A stretch of DNA of 63,984 nucleotides, filler included. It is 22 parts of 22 records of this genome, joined end to end, with 100 filler letters (N's around TTAATTAATTAA, not from the genome) between each part and the next. Parts side by side here need not be neighbours in the genome. Positions count along the whole stretch, not along the records: positions 51,197 to 55,723 come from SRR11831580_3378; positions 55,824 to 58,364 come from SRR11831580_3402; positions 58,465 to 61,853 come from SRR11831580_3439; positions 61,954 to 63,984 come from SRR11831580_3458; 18 more parts are not named here. One strand, given 5' to 3'. This document shows positions 53,204 through 63,984 of this stretch, piece by piece. Position 1 is the first letter of the stretch, and every line of letters begins with the position of its first letter. Below the pieces are notes generated by a model, which was not told the DNA's origin, did no database searches, and was given only the letters and a program-made list of their open reading frames with translations. The position numbers and the translations under genes are program-made.

Positions 53204-53833
53204 ATGAAAAGCCTCTCCTATAAGCGGATCTATAAATCACAAGAATACCTGGCAACGTTGGGCACAATTGAATACCGATCATTGTTTGGCAGTTACAGCC
53301 TGACCGTTGACGACACGGTGTTTGCGATGGTTTCTGATGGTGAGTTGTATCTTCGGGCTTGTGAGCAAAGTGCACAGTACTGTGTAAAACATCCGCCTGT
53401 CTGGCTGACATATAAAAAGTGTGGCCGATCCGTTACCCTCAATTACTATCGGGTTGATGAAAGTCTATGGCGAAATCAACTGAAGCTGGTGCGTCTGTCG
53501 AAATATTCTCTCGATGCAGCGCTGAAAGAGAAAAGCACGCGCAATACCCGGGAAAGACTGAAAGATTTGCCCAATATGTCTTTTCATCTGGAAGCGATTC
53601 TCGGGGAGGTGGGGATTAAGGATGTACGGGCGTTACGTATACTTGGGGCAAAAATGTGTTGGTTGCGACTGCGGCAGCAAAACAGTCTGGTGACAGAAAA
53701 GATTCTGTTTATGCTTGAAGGTGCCATTATCGGCATTCATGAAGCTGCGCTCCCGGTGGCACGCCGCCAGGAGCTTGCAGAATGGGCTGACTCTCTTACG
53801 CCGAAACAGGAGTTTCCTGCGGAACTTGAGTAA
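53204..53833 (+). CDS. sxy: CRP-S co-activator Sxy/TfoX
   Basis: RSLFGSY (TfoX-N) and LKDLPNM (TfoX-C). Confidence 0.93.
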   Translation: MKSLSYKRIYKSQEYLATLGTIEYRSLFGSYSLTVDDTVFAMVSDGELYLRACEQSAQYCVKHPPVWLTYKKCGRSVTLNYYRVDESLWRNQLKLVRLSKYSLDAALKEKSTRNTRERLKDLPNMSFHLEAILGEVGIKDVRALRILGAKMCWLRLRQQNSLVTEKILFMLEGAIIGIHEAALPVARRQELAEWADSLTPKQEFPAELE

Positions 53834-55723
53834 TCTGGCGTTGCAGACGACCAATCTCAGGCAGTAATGCAATCAATAATCCAACTTGTTGTACGACCAG
53901 AGGTTCTTTGCTGTCTGCCCGTGGTTCAAGTTGCTGCATCCGCTGTTTCAGGCTAGCTAATGCCTCATTGACGCGTTCTTCATCAGCAGGTTGATGATGT
54001 AACGCGTCATCAACATAGCAAACTGCGTCATCAAGAAACGCCAGAATTTCAGGATTAGTTAACTGCTCCCGGTGAGCACCGAGGGCTGAGATATAGCTGG
54101 TAAACGTATGGTTAAGGCACAGCAACCGAAACGCGGCTTCGCGAATTTGCGGGGTAACGTTCGGCTCGCTGGACATATTTGATACCACCGACGCCAGCTC
54201 AGCATCACGGTTGTGTGCATCGCGGCGGGCAATACGATACGCCAGACGGTTATCACGCCCCTGATGGTATTGCTCCAGTATGGCATCGAGATACCGACAG
54301 TTGGCCTCTGTGGCGCGTTCGAGCATGCGCGGCAGATTGCGAAACTGCCAGTCAGGCCAGATGTAGCTCACTGCCGCCCACGCAATGGCACAACCAATCA
54401 GCGTATCGATTACGCGAGGTAACGCTACTTCAAAACCTTCACCCAGTAAGTTAAAACACAGTAGCACCAAAAGTGTGATGAACATCGTTGCATGAGCGTA
54501 TTGCACGTTACGGAAGGCAAAAAAGAGCACGCCGGTAATAACCAGCAGCACCAGCTGCCCTTCCAGTGATGGCACAAACCACAGCACAGGAATGCCAATG
54601 GCGATACCTACCAGCGTACCAATAATCCTTAACTTCAGGCGGTGGCGCGTGGCGTTATAGTTTGGCTGGCAGACAAACAAACTTGTCAGCAAGATCCAAT
54701 ACCCGTGATGCATTCCGGTTATCTGAATGATGGCGTAGCCGAAGCACAACACCAGCGACATTCTTACCGCATGACGGAAGAGGGCGGATTCCGGCGTGAA
54801 GTGACGGCTAAGACGCAGCCAGATATCACTCAACCCGTGCGGGCTGTCATCAGCGAGCTCATTTTCGTCATTATTATGGGGTAGTGCCTGGGCCTGTTCT
54901 GATTCAATTGTTGCCAGTTGGGCATCAATGGCGCGTAAATTGTTCAGCAAAAATCCCAGTGTTTTGAGTAAATCGGCGGGTGCGCCGTTATCGCGCATCC
55001 GCTCCAGCGCAGCATCAATATGCGTAAAAGCGCGCTCAAAATGCGGATCATGTTGATAAGGCTGACGCAACAAAATACAGCGTGACAGTTGCTGGCACGC
55101 CTGGCCCTGCATCGACATCAGCCGCTGAAAACGGAACAGCACGTCGCTGTGGCGAAAATGTTCACGCAATGTTTGATACTGAATATGAGAAGAGCTGGCA
55201 CGCTCGTGAATATCCTGTGCGACAAAGTAATAATGCAGCGTGCGACGCGTTCCCCGTTGACCACGATCGCCACGTAAGCGGGTCAGCAGCGAGAGTTTCG
55301 TCTGATTCAATGTCGCCATCAGCAGACCGTTGGCGAGAGCCAAATCGTACAGCGGTGCCTGGCTTTGATCTTCAATATCAGGATCAAACATGCGCGACTT
55401 GAGCTCAAGATAACGCGCCAGTTGTTCATAGCAACGCGCCAGGTTGTCCTGCAGCGGGCGGACCGGGAACAGCAGATGACCAATAAGTGTCAGGACGTTG
55501 TACCAGACGGCACCGGCCAGCAGATACATCGGCTGCTGATACCAGTGCTCATACAGTGATGTTCCCAACATAGTGTAAATGGCGATCAGCAATGCACCGA
55601 AGGCAATTGTTGCATAGCGTTGACCCAGACCGCCGAGCAAAATGAAGCCGCTGGTAGAGAGCGTTAAGCCAATCGCAAATAGCCAGGGCCAGGGAAACAG
55701 CAATTCTACTGAGGCCGAGGCGA
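53796..55723 (-). CDS. yccS: FUSC-like inner membrane protein (5' truncated)
   Basis: HGYWILLT..VCQPNY..R..GTL motif; position next to sxy. Confidence 0.92.
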
Positions 55724-55849
55724 NNNNNNNNNNNNNNNNNNNNNNNNNNNNNNNNNNNNNNNNNNNNTTAATTAATTAANNNNNNNNNNNNNNNNNNNNN
55801 NNNNNNNNNNNNNNNNNNNNNNNCGGGTTTTTTATTATCCGCTAATCAA

Positions 55850-56863
<1,014 letters not shown>

Positions 56864-57160
56864 TTACAATGACCACATCTCAAGAATGTGTAGTCACGCA
56901 AGTTTAGCGTTTATGCATTTAATTGCCGTAATCAGGAACCTAACTTACGTAATTAACAGTCGCTTATGCATTAGCGCAACATTCCAACAGGTGGTGACAA
57001 TATACCCTACCGTTCAGCCAAAACAACATCAATTTGATAACAATTAATTTACTTTTAAGCAGAATTTGCATGCCGTGACGCAGGCATGTTTCTCAATAAC
57101 GAAATTTGATAAAATCCCGCTCTTTCATAACATTATTTCAGCCTTCTTCAGGGCTGACTG

Positions 57161-57199
57161 TTTGCATAAAAATTCATCTGTATGCACAATAATGTTGTA
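57161..57199 (+). promoter_or_regulatory. Tandem ARG boxes (argR autoregulation), approximate
   Basis: TGCATAAAAATTCA and adjacent TGCACAATAATGTT. Confidence 0.6.
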
Positions 57200-57219
57200 T
57201 CAACCACCATATCGGGTGA

Positions 57220-57693
<474 letters not shown>

Positions 57694-58057
57694 TCTCTGC
57701 CCCGTCGTTTCTGACGGCGGGGAAAATGTTGCTTATCCCTCTCAACCCCCTGCTTTCCCCTGCGATTAATTTAACGAATAGTGCGTTTTACTGCGACATG
57801 TCATTCACACAATGAATACATAAGGTAAAAAAAGCACATTATGCAAAATTCATTATCTAATTGAAAAAACTAGAATTAACGATAAATAACCGTATTTTTA
57901 ATTCTTTTTTGTTATTAAAATTCACATTTTTAACACTTAGTATCAACTGAAACAGTTAGCGCGGTATTAATTAGCTCAATAATTAGTGTATACTTGATTT
58001 TGTGATATGGGTCACGAAACAAAGGCCCAGCTAAAAGATTATGTCGAGGTAAAAATC

Positions 58058-58321
58058 ATGAAAATCAAAACCACTGTTGCTGCATTAAGCGTACTTTCTG
58101 TTCTCTCTTTCGGTGCATTCGCTGCCGACTCCATTGATGCTGCACAAGCACAAAATCGTGAAGCAATCGGGACCGTATCCGTAAGTGGTGTGGCGTCTTC
58201 GCCAATGGATATGCGTGAAATGCTGAACAAAAAAGCGGAAGAGAAAGGCGCAACGGCCTACCAGATTACTGAAGCTCGTAGCGGTGACACCTGGCACGCT
58301 ACGGCTGAACTGTACAAATAA
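58058..58321 (+). CDS. yhcN: DUF1471 periplasmic stress protein
   Basis: Signal peptide; HATAELYK C-terminus. Confidence 0.93.
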   Translation: MKIKTTVAALSVLSVLSFGAFAADSIDAAQAQNREAIGTVSVSGVASSPMDMREMLNKKAEEKGATAYQITEARSGDTWHATAELYK

Positions 58322-58464
58322 ACCCTCATCGTCTTGTCCGACGATATTGCCCCCGGTTCGGGGGNNNNNNNNNNNNNNNNNNNNNNNNNNNNNNNNNNNN
58401 NNNNNNNNTTAATTAATTAANNNNNNNNNNNNNNNNNNNNNNNNNNNNNNNNNNNNNNNNNNNN

Positions 58465-60414
58465 CCCTCCGTAAAAGAAGAACGTTTCCGCGCGTTTTTA
58501 GGCGTACCAATTATTCAACGTCGCCAGTTGCTTGGTGTACTGGTGGTACAGCAACGAGAGTTGCGCCAGTATGACGAAAGTGAAGAATCCTTCCTGGTGA
58601 CGCTTGCCACCCAGATGGCAGCTATTCTTTCTCAGTCGCAGTTGACTGCCTTGTTTGGGCAATATCGCCAGACGCGAATCCGCGCATTACCGGCAGCACC
58701 TGGTGTGGCGATTGCCGAAGGCTGGCAGGATGCCACGTTACCTTTAATGGAACAGGTGTATCAGGCATCAACGCTGGATCCGGCTCTGGAACGCGAACGA
58801 CTGACCGGGGCGCTGGAAGAAGCGGCAAACGAGTTTCGCCGCTACAGCAAACGCTTTGCCGCCGGTGCACAAAAAGAAACGGCGGCTATTTTCGATCTTT
58901 ACTCGCACCTGCTTTCGGACACCCGGCTGCGTCGCGAATTGTTTGCCGAGGTTGATAAAGGCTCGGTGGCAGAGTGGGCGGTAAAAACGGTCATTGAAAA
59001 ATTTGCCGAACAGTTTGCCGCGCTAAGTGATAACTATCTCAAAGAGCGGGCTGGCGATTTACGTGCGCTGGGTCAGCGATTGCTGTTTCATCTTGATGAC
59101 GCTAATCAAGGGCCGAACGCCTGGCCGGAACGTTTCATTCTGGTGGCAGATGAACTGTCAGCGACAACGCTTGCTGAGCTGCCCCAGGATCGCTTAGTCG
59201 GTGTTGTCGTGCGAGATGGCGCAGCCAACTCCCATGCTGCGATCATGGTACGTGCGCTGGGGATCCCTACCGTGATGGGCGCGGATATTCAGCCTTCGGT
59301 GCTGCATCGTAGGACGCTGATCGTTGATGGCTATCGCGGTGAATTGCTGGTCGATCCGGAGCCGGTACTGCTGCAAGAATATCAGCGGCTAATTAGTGAA
59401 GAGATTGAGCTTAGCCGTCTGGCGGAAGATGACGTCAATTTACCCGCGCAGTTAAAAAGCGGTGAGCGTATAAAAGTCATGCTCAATGCTGGTTTAAGCC
59501 CGGAACATGAAGAAAAACTGGGCAGCCGTATTGATGGCATCGGTCTTTATCGCACTGAAATCCCATTCATGCTGCAAAGTGGTTTCCCGTCGGAAGAAGA
59601 ACAGGTGGCGCAGTATCAGGGGATGCTGCAAATGTTCAATGATAAACCCGTCACCTTGCGTACGCTGGATGTCGGAGCAGATAAGCAGCTGCCTTACATG
59701 CCGATCAGCGAAGAGAATCCATGCCTGGGTTGGCGTGGGATTCGCATTACGCTCGATCAGCCGGAGATCTTCTTGATCCAGGTGCGGGCGATGCTGCGTG
59801 CTAATGCCGCTACGGGCAACCTGAATATTCTGTTGCCGATGGTCACAAGCCTCGATGAAGTTGATGAAGCACGCCGCCTGATTGAACGTGCCGGACGTGA
59901 AGTCGAGGAGATGATCGGTTACGAAATTCCCAAACCACGTATCGGCATCATGCTGGAAGTGCCGTCAATGGTATTTATGCTGCCGCATCTGGCAAAGCGG
60001 GTCGATTTCATCTCTGTTGGCACCAACGATCTGACTCAATACATTCTGGCCGTTGATCGCAACAATACCCGGGTGGCGAACATTTATGACAGTCTTCATC
60101 CTGCAATGTTACGAGCTCTGGCGATGATCGCCCGGGAAGCGGAAATACATGGAATCGATCTCCGTTTGTGCGGTGAAATGGCGGGCGATCCCATGTGCGT
60201 GGCAATCCTCATTGGGCTTGGGTATCGCCATCTGTCTATGAACGGACGTTCTGTAGCGCGGGCAAAATACCTGCTGCGGCGCATTGATTATGCCGAAGCA
60301 GAAAATCTTGCGCAGCGTAGTCTGGAAGCGCAACTGGCGACCGAAGTTCGCCATCAGGTTGCAGCCTTTATGGAGCGTCGCGGCATGGGCGGGCTGATTC
60401 GCGGAGGGTTATAG
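58465..60414 (+). CDS. ptsP: PTS enzyme I-Ntr (5' truncated)
   Basis: GAF tail, NSHAAI phospho-His, SVGTNDL, CGEMAGD. Confidence 0.97.
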   Translation, partial: PSVKEERFRAFLGVPIIQRRQLLGVLVVQQRELRQYDESEESFLVTLATQMAAILSQSQLTALFGQYRQTRIRALPAAPGVAIAEGWQDATLPLMEQVYQASTLDPALERERLTGALEEAANEFRRYSKRFAAGAQKETAAIFDLYSHLLSDTRLRRELFAEVDKGSVAEWAVKTVIEKFAEQFAALSDNYLKERAGDLRALGQRLLFHLDDANQGPNAWPERFILVADELSATTLAELPQDRLVGVVVRDGAANSHAAIMVRALGIPTVMGADIQPSVLHRRTLIVDGYRGELLVDPEPVLLQEYQRLISEEIELSRLAEDDVNLPAQLKSGERIKVMLNAGLSPEHEEKLGSRIDGIGLYRTEIPFMLQSGFPSEEEQVAQYQGMLQMFNDKPVTLRTLDVGADKQLPYMPISEENPCLGWRGIRITLDQPEIFLIQVRAMLRANAATGNLNILLPMVTSLDEVDEARRLIERAGREVEEMIGYEIPKPRIGIMLEVPSMVFMLPHLAKRVDFISVGTNDLTQYILAVDRNNTRVANIYDSLHPAMLRALAMIAREAEIHGIDLRLCGEMAGDPMCVAILIGLGYRHLSMNGRSVARAKYLLRRIDYAEAENLAQRSLEAQLATEVRHQVAAFMERRGMGGLIRGGL

Positions 60415-60564
60415 CGCGGATCATATACATATCTTTTAACGGTATCCGGCAACCAGCCAGGTCCCCTTGTGCTATTATTCGCACCTTTGGAGCGCCTGAA
60501 ACCTGCGGCGCGCATTTCAATCGCTGTTCTCTTTCAGCGAAATAACAAGAACTTGTGGTGACAG

Positions 60565-61440
60565 ATGACCAGTAGCTATCTGCATTTTCCGGAGTTTGAT
60601 CCGGTCATTTTCTCAATAGGACCCGTGGCGCTTCACTGGTACGGCCTGATGTATCTGGTGGGTTTCATTTTTGCAATGTGGCTGGCAACACGACGGGCGA
60701 ATCGTCCGGGCAGCGGCTGGACCAAAAATGAAGTTGAAAACTTACTCTATGCGGGCTTCCTCGGCGTCTTCCTCGGGGGACGTATTGGTTATGTTCTGTT
60801 CTACAATTTCCCGCAGTTTATGGCCGATCCGCTGTATCTGTTCCGTGTCTGGGACGGCGGCATGTCTTTCCACGGCGGCCTGATTGGCGTTATCGTGGTG
60901 ATGATTATCTTCGCCCGCCGTACTAAACGTTCCTTCTTCCAGGTCTCTGATTTTATCGCACCACTCATTCCGTTTGGTCTTGGTGCCGGGCGTCTGGGCA
61001 ACTTTATTAACGGTGAATTGTGGGGCCGCGTTGACCCGAACTTCCCGTTTGCCATGCTGTTCCCTGGCTCCCGTACAGAAGATATTTTGCTGCTGCAAAC
61101 CAACCCGCAGTGGCAATCCATTTTCGACACTTACGGTGTGCTGCCGCGCCACCCATCACAGCTTTACGAGCTGCTGCTGGAAGGTGTGGTGCTGTTTATT
61201 ATCCTCAACCTGTATATTCGTAAACCACGCCCAATGGGAGCTGTCTCAGGTTTGTTCCTGATTGGTTACGGCGCGTTTCGCATCATTGTTGAGTTTTTCC
61301 GCCAGCCCGACGCGCAGTTTACCGGTGCCTGGGTGCAGTACATCAGCATGGGGCAAATTCTTTCCATCCCGATGATTGTCGCGGGTGTGATCATGATGGT
61401 CTGGGCATATCGTCGCAGCCCACAGCAACACGTTTCCTGA
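60565..61440 (+). CDS. lgt: Prolipoprotein diacylglyceryl transferase
   Basis: [29 protein letters not shown]. Confidence 0.98.
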
Positions 61441-61446
61441 GGAACC

Positions 61447-61853
61447 ATGAAACAGTATTTAGAACTGATGCAAAAAGTGCTCGACGAAGGCACACAGAAA
61501 AACGACCGTACCGGAACCGGAACGCTTTCCATTTTTGGTCATCAGATGCGTTTTAACCTGCAAGATGGATTCCCGCTGGTGACAACTAAACGTTGCCACC
61601 TGCGTTCCATCATCCATGAACTGCTGTGGTTTCTGCAGGGCGACACTAACATTGCTTATCTACACGAAAACAATGTCACCATCTGGGACGAATGGGCCGA
61701 TGAAAACGGCGACCTCGGGCCAGTGTATGGTAAACAGTGGCGCGCCTGGCCAACGCCAGATGGTCGTCATATTGACCAGATCACTACGGTACTGAACCAG
61801 CTGAAAAACGACCCGGATTCGCGCCGCATTATTGTTTCAGCGTGGAACGTAGG
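61447..61853 (+). CDS. thyA: Thymidylate synthase (3' truncated)
   Basis: DRTGTGT, FPLVTTK, PDSRR. Confidence 0.98.
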
Positions 61854-62172
61854 NNNNNNNNNNNNNNNNNNNNNNNNNNNNNNNNNNNNNNNNNNNNTTA
61901 ATTAATTAANNNNNNNNNNNNNNNNNNNNNNNNNNNNNNNNNNNNNNNNNNNNAAACGCGGGGCAGAATGAGCATATGTGTGTGTACGTGGCGTGTTTGG
62001 ATTGCAAGAGCGGCAGATGAGAAATACACACAACGAACACAACGGATATCATACAGGCCATGTAGTGAGCACACGCAACTGAGGCGACAATGCCGGATCA
62101 ACAACATATCGGCACATGCACACATACGACACGCACACCGCACAACAAACGAGCAATGACTCGCCCACGTAC

Positions 62173-63018
62173 CCCGCCACCACCGGCACCCATGCCCATC
62201 GACTTGAACTTCTCGCGGGCAGCCTTGGCATGCTTGCGCTCATCATCAAGACGGGCGCTGTCCTGCACCAGCTCCACAATCGCACGCGCACGCTCACGCA
62301 CTGCAACGCCAGATCAACCACCATGAGACACCGGCGACAGCCCGCACGAAAGTACATGAACACGATGGTGATAATCGAGAGTGGAAAACGTACCGTTCAG
62401 ACCCTGATCGACACCATCCTCGTCCACGAACTGGAAGTCCTGCAGAGTCTTGATGTTGTAGATGTGATCCCGTGTGACGTCGATCACACGTTCTGACCCG
62501 GATTTGAGCAGATAATCGATCACCAACAAAGTCTGACAACGCACACCGTAAGAAACGAACAACCCTATGAGAAACCCAATTGACTCTACCTTGTAGATCT
62601 GACGGAAGTTCTTGCTATCGTCATTGAGGCGCTTCCAGATGTACTCCATCATCTCATGAAAATCAGAGCTATTGCGTATAAGCCACGAGTTTCGCTGACC
62701 ACGACGAAAACGTACTATTTGTACGACATGTCGCACAGCTCACTGAGCTGAGTACCAGTGGGGCCATATTTAACACCACCATCCGTAGCATCACGGACTT
62801 TTACCTCAGTGTCCGTCAAACGGAGAGCGACATCAGCCCTGCAAACGACATGAGCAGGTGCAAGAAAACAAGCAAACACCAAACACATTACACCATCAAA
62901 CAACTACATAAAAATCACACGCTGCAAGAGTAGCTGACGGAATTACAACACTGAAAATGCACAGCGAGACTTACACTTTTCGCAGGCCGCGGAACACAGT
63001 GGACAGTGCTTCAGCCAT
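62173..63018 (-). CDS. Eukaryotic epsin/ENTH-domain protein (3' incomplete); exons 63018-62975, 62838-62716, 62668-62590, 62532-62394, 62300-62173
   Basis: EVKVRDAT..YGP, IWKRLND, YKTLLVIDYLLKSGSERV and DQGLNVRERA ENTH motifs; four phase-compatible GT-AG introns. Confidence 0.93.
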
Positions 63019-63331
63019 ACTGCAACACAGACGAGAGAAAAGAACAGCCACGGAATAAAGTGCACGAGCGTTTTCTCCCTCCCACATCCGTGGCCAGTTG
63101 CACTACCGCTCAACGAACGTCGGTCCGGTATAACGTAATTGTGTAACAGCTCTGTCAGATGTGAGGAAGCCCGTCATCACCACAGGGCCACGCGTCATCA
63201 CCGCAAGGATTCGCGAACATCCTACAGCAAAATGGGTGTCTCATACGATTTCTGAATGGAATGAGCACAATTGTAAACCAAGTAAGGATGAATTTTGCTT
63301 GTAAATGTAATCACTAAGTGTTACTTGTGAA

Positions 63332-63984
63332 ATGTCGAAAGTGATCTTGCACATCGACATGGATTGTTTCTACTGTGTACGTGCCTTCATGATGCATTTA
63401 CCCCTTGGTTGATCTCGAATGGAAATACAGCAAGTAGAACATGTTCGCCTCGGCATCCCACTCGATGTGCCCCTGGCCGTGCAGCAGTGGCGAGCACTCA
63501 TTGCAGTGAACTATGCTGCCCGTGCCCGTGGGGTCAGCAAGATGGGCCATATTCAGGACGCATTGAAAATCTGCCCCGAACTGAAATGTGTGCATACGGA
63601 GACACACTGCGCGGACGGGAGTGTTTTTGACGGCCAAGACACGTTGAACGGTGCTGTGGTATGTGATGGAGGGCCTCTTACTTATGTGTTGGCTCTGTTA
63701 TTTCCTTGGTCGGGCTGGTAGTTCGGTGTTGCGTCGTTGAATCCGTGGTACATCTGTGGAAATACGCGTCCAGGTATTGACGTGAGTACGTTGTGTGTGT
63801 GTGTGTTTTTCTGCGTTGTTGTGTGTCTTCTCTCTCTGTCTCTGTGTGTGTAGCCGGACCGCAGTACAAGCAAAGTTTCGCTGGAGCGCTACCGACGGGC
63901 CAGTGCCAATGTGTTTGTTGTGTTTCGGAGACTGTGTGGGGACCGATGTGTGCTGGAGAAGGCCAGTATTGATGAGGCATTCAT
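63332..63984 (+). CDS. POLH: Eukaryotic Y-family DNA polymerase eta (3' truncated); exons 63332-63376, 63431-63658, 63722-63781, 63854-63984
   Basis: HIDMDCFYCQVE, AVQQW..LIAVNYAAR, KVSLERYRRAS and EKASIDEAF motifs. Confidence 0.92.

Noticed and set aside
63377-63853. Pol eta introns of 54, 63 and 72 nt, all multiples of 9
   Set aside because: Only three cases; introns in the other genes (45, 47, 51, 53, 57, 93, 118 nt and so on) show no such periodicity.

Overview
This window is not a contiguous locus. It is an artificial pseudomolecule of 22 short contigs joined by 21 identical 100-nt spacers (N44-TTAATTAATTAA-N44), so gene neighbourhoods across spacers mean nothing. Seventeen contigs are scattered pieces of an Escherichia coli K-12-type chromosome: yidXAB, yphEFG, treR-mgtLA, wbbIJK, proK-eptB-yhjX, murD-ftsW-murG-murC, an IS911 fragment carrying a group II intron (ykfC) cut by IS5, murJ-yceM-yceH, gsiA-iaaA-moeA, groSL-yjeI, lrp-ftsK, nuoBCE, kdgK-pdeH-yhjG, glnD-map-rpsB, ompA-sulA-sxy-yccS, mdh-argR-yhcN and ptsP-lgt-thyA. 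Five contigs (12845-15150, 29651-31810, 31911-34033, 48756-51096, 61954-63984) come from an unidentified intron-rich microbial eukaryote. Manual splicing of these yields DPH5, a divergent kinesin, an epsin/ENTH protein, DNA polymerase eta, a B-box protein, a membrane protein with a dileucine motif, and a coiled-coil protein in which nine consecutive phase-0 exons each end in one copy of a conserved repeat. Two eukaryotic contigs begin with remnants of the 454 paired-end loxP linker, and several E. coli genes carry single-base homopolymer frameshifts typical of pyrosequencing. I found no new bacterial system. The most novel-looking signals are the exon-per-repeat coiled-coil gene and the strong +4C bias at the eukaryote's 5' splice sites.
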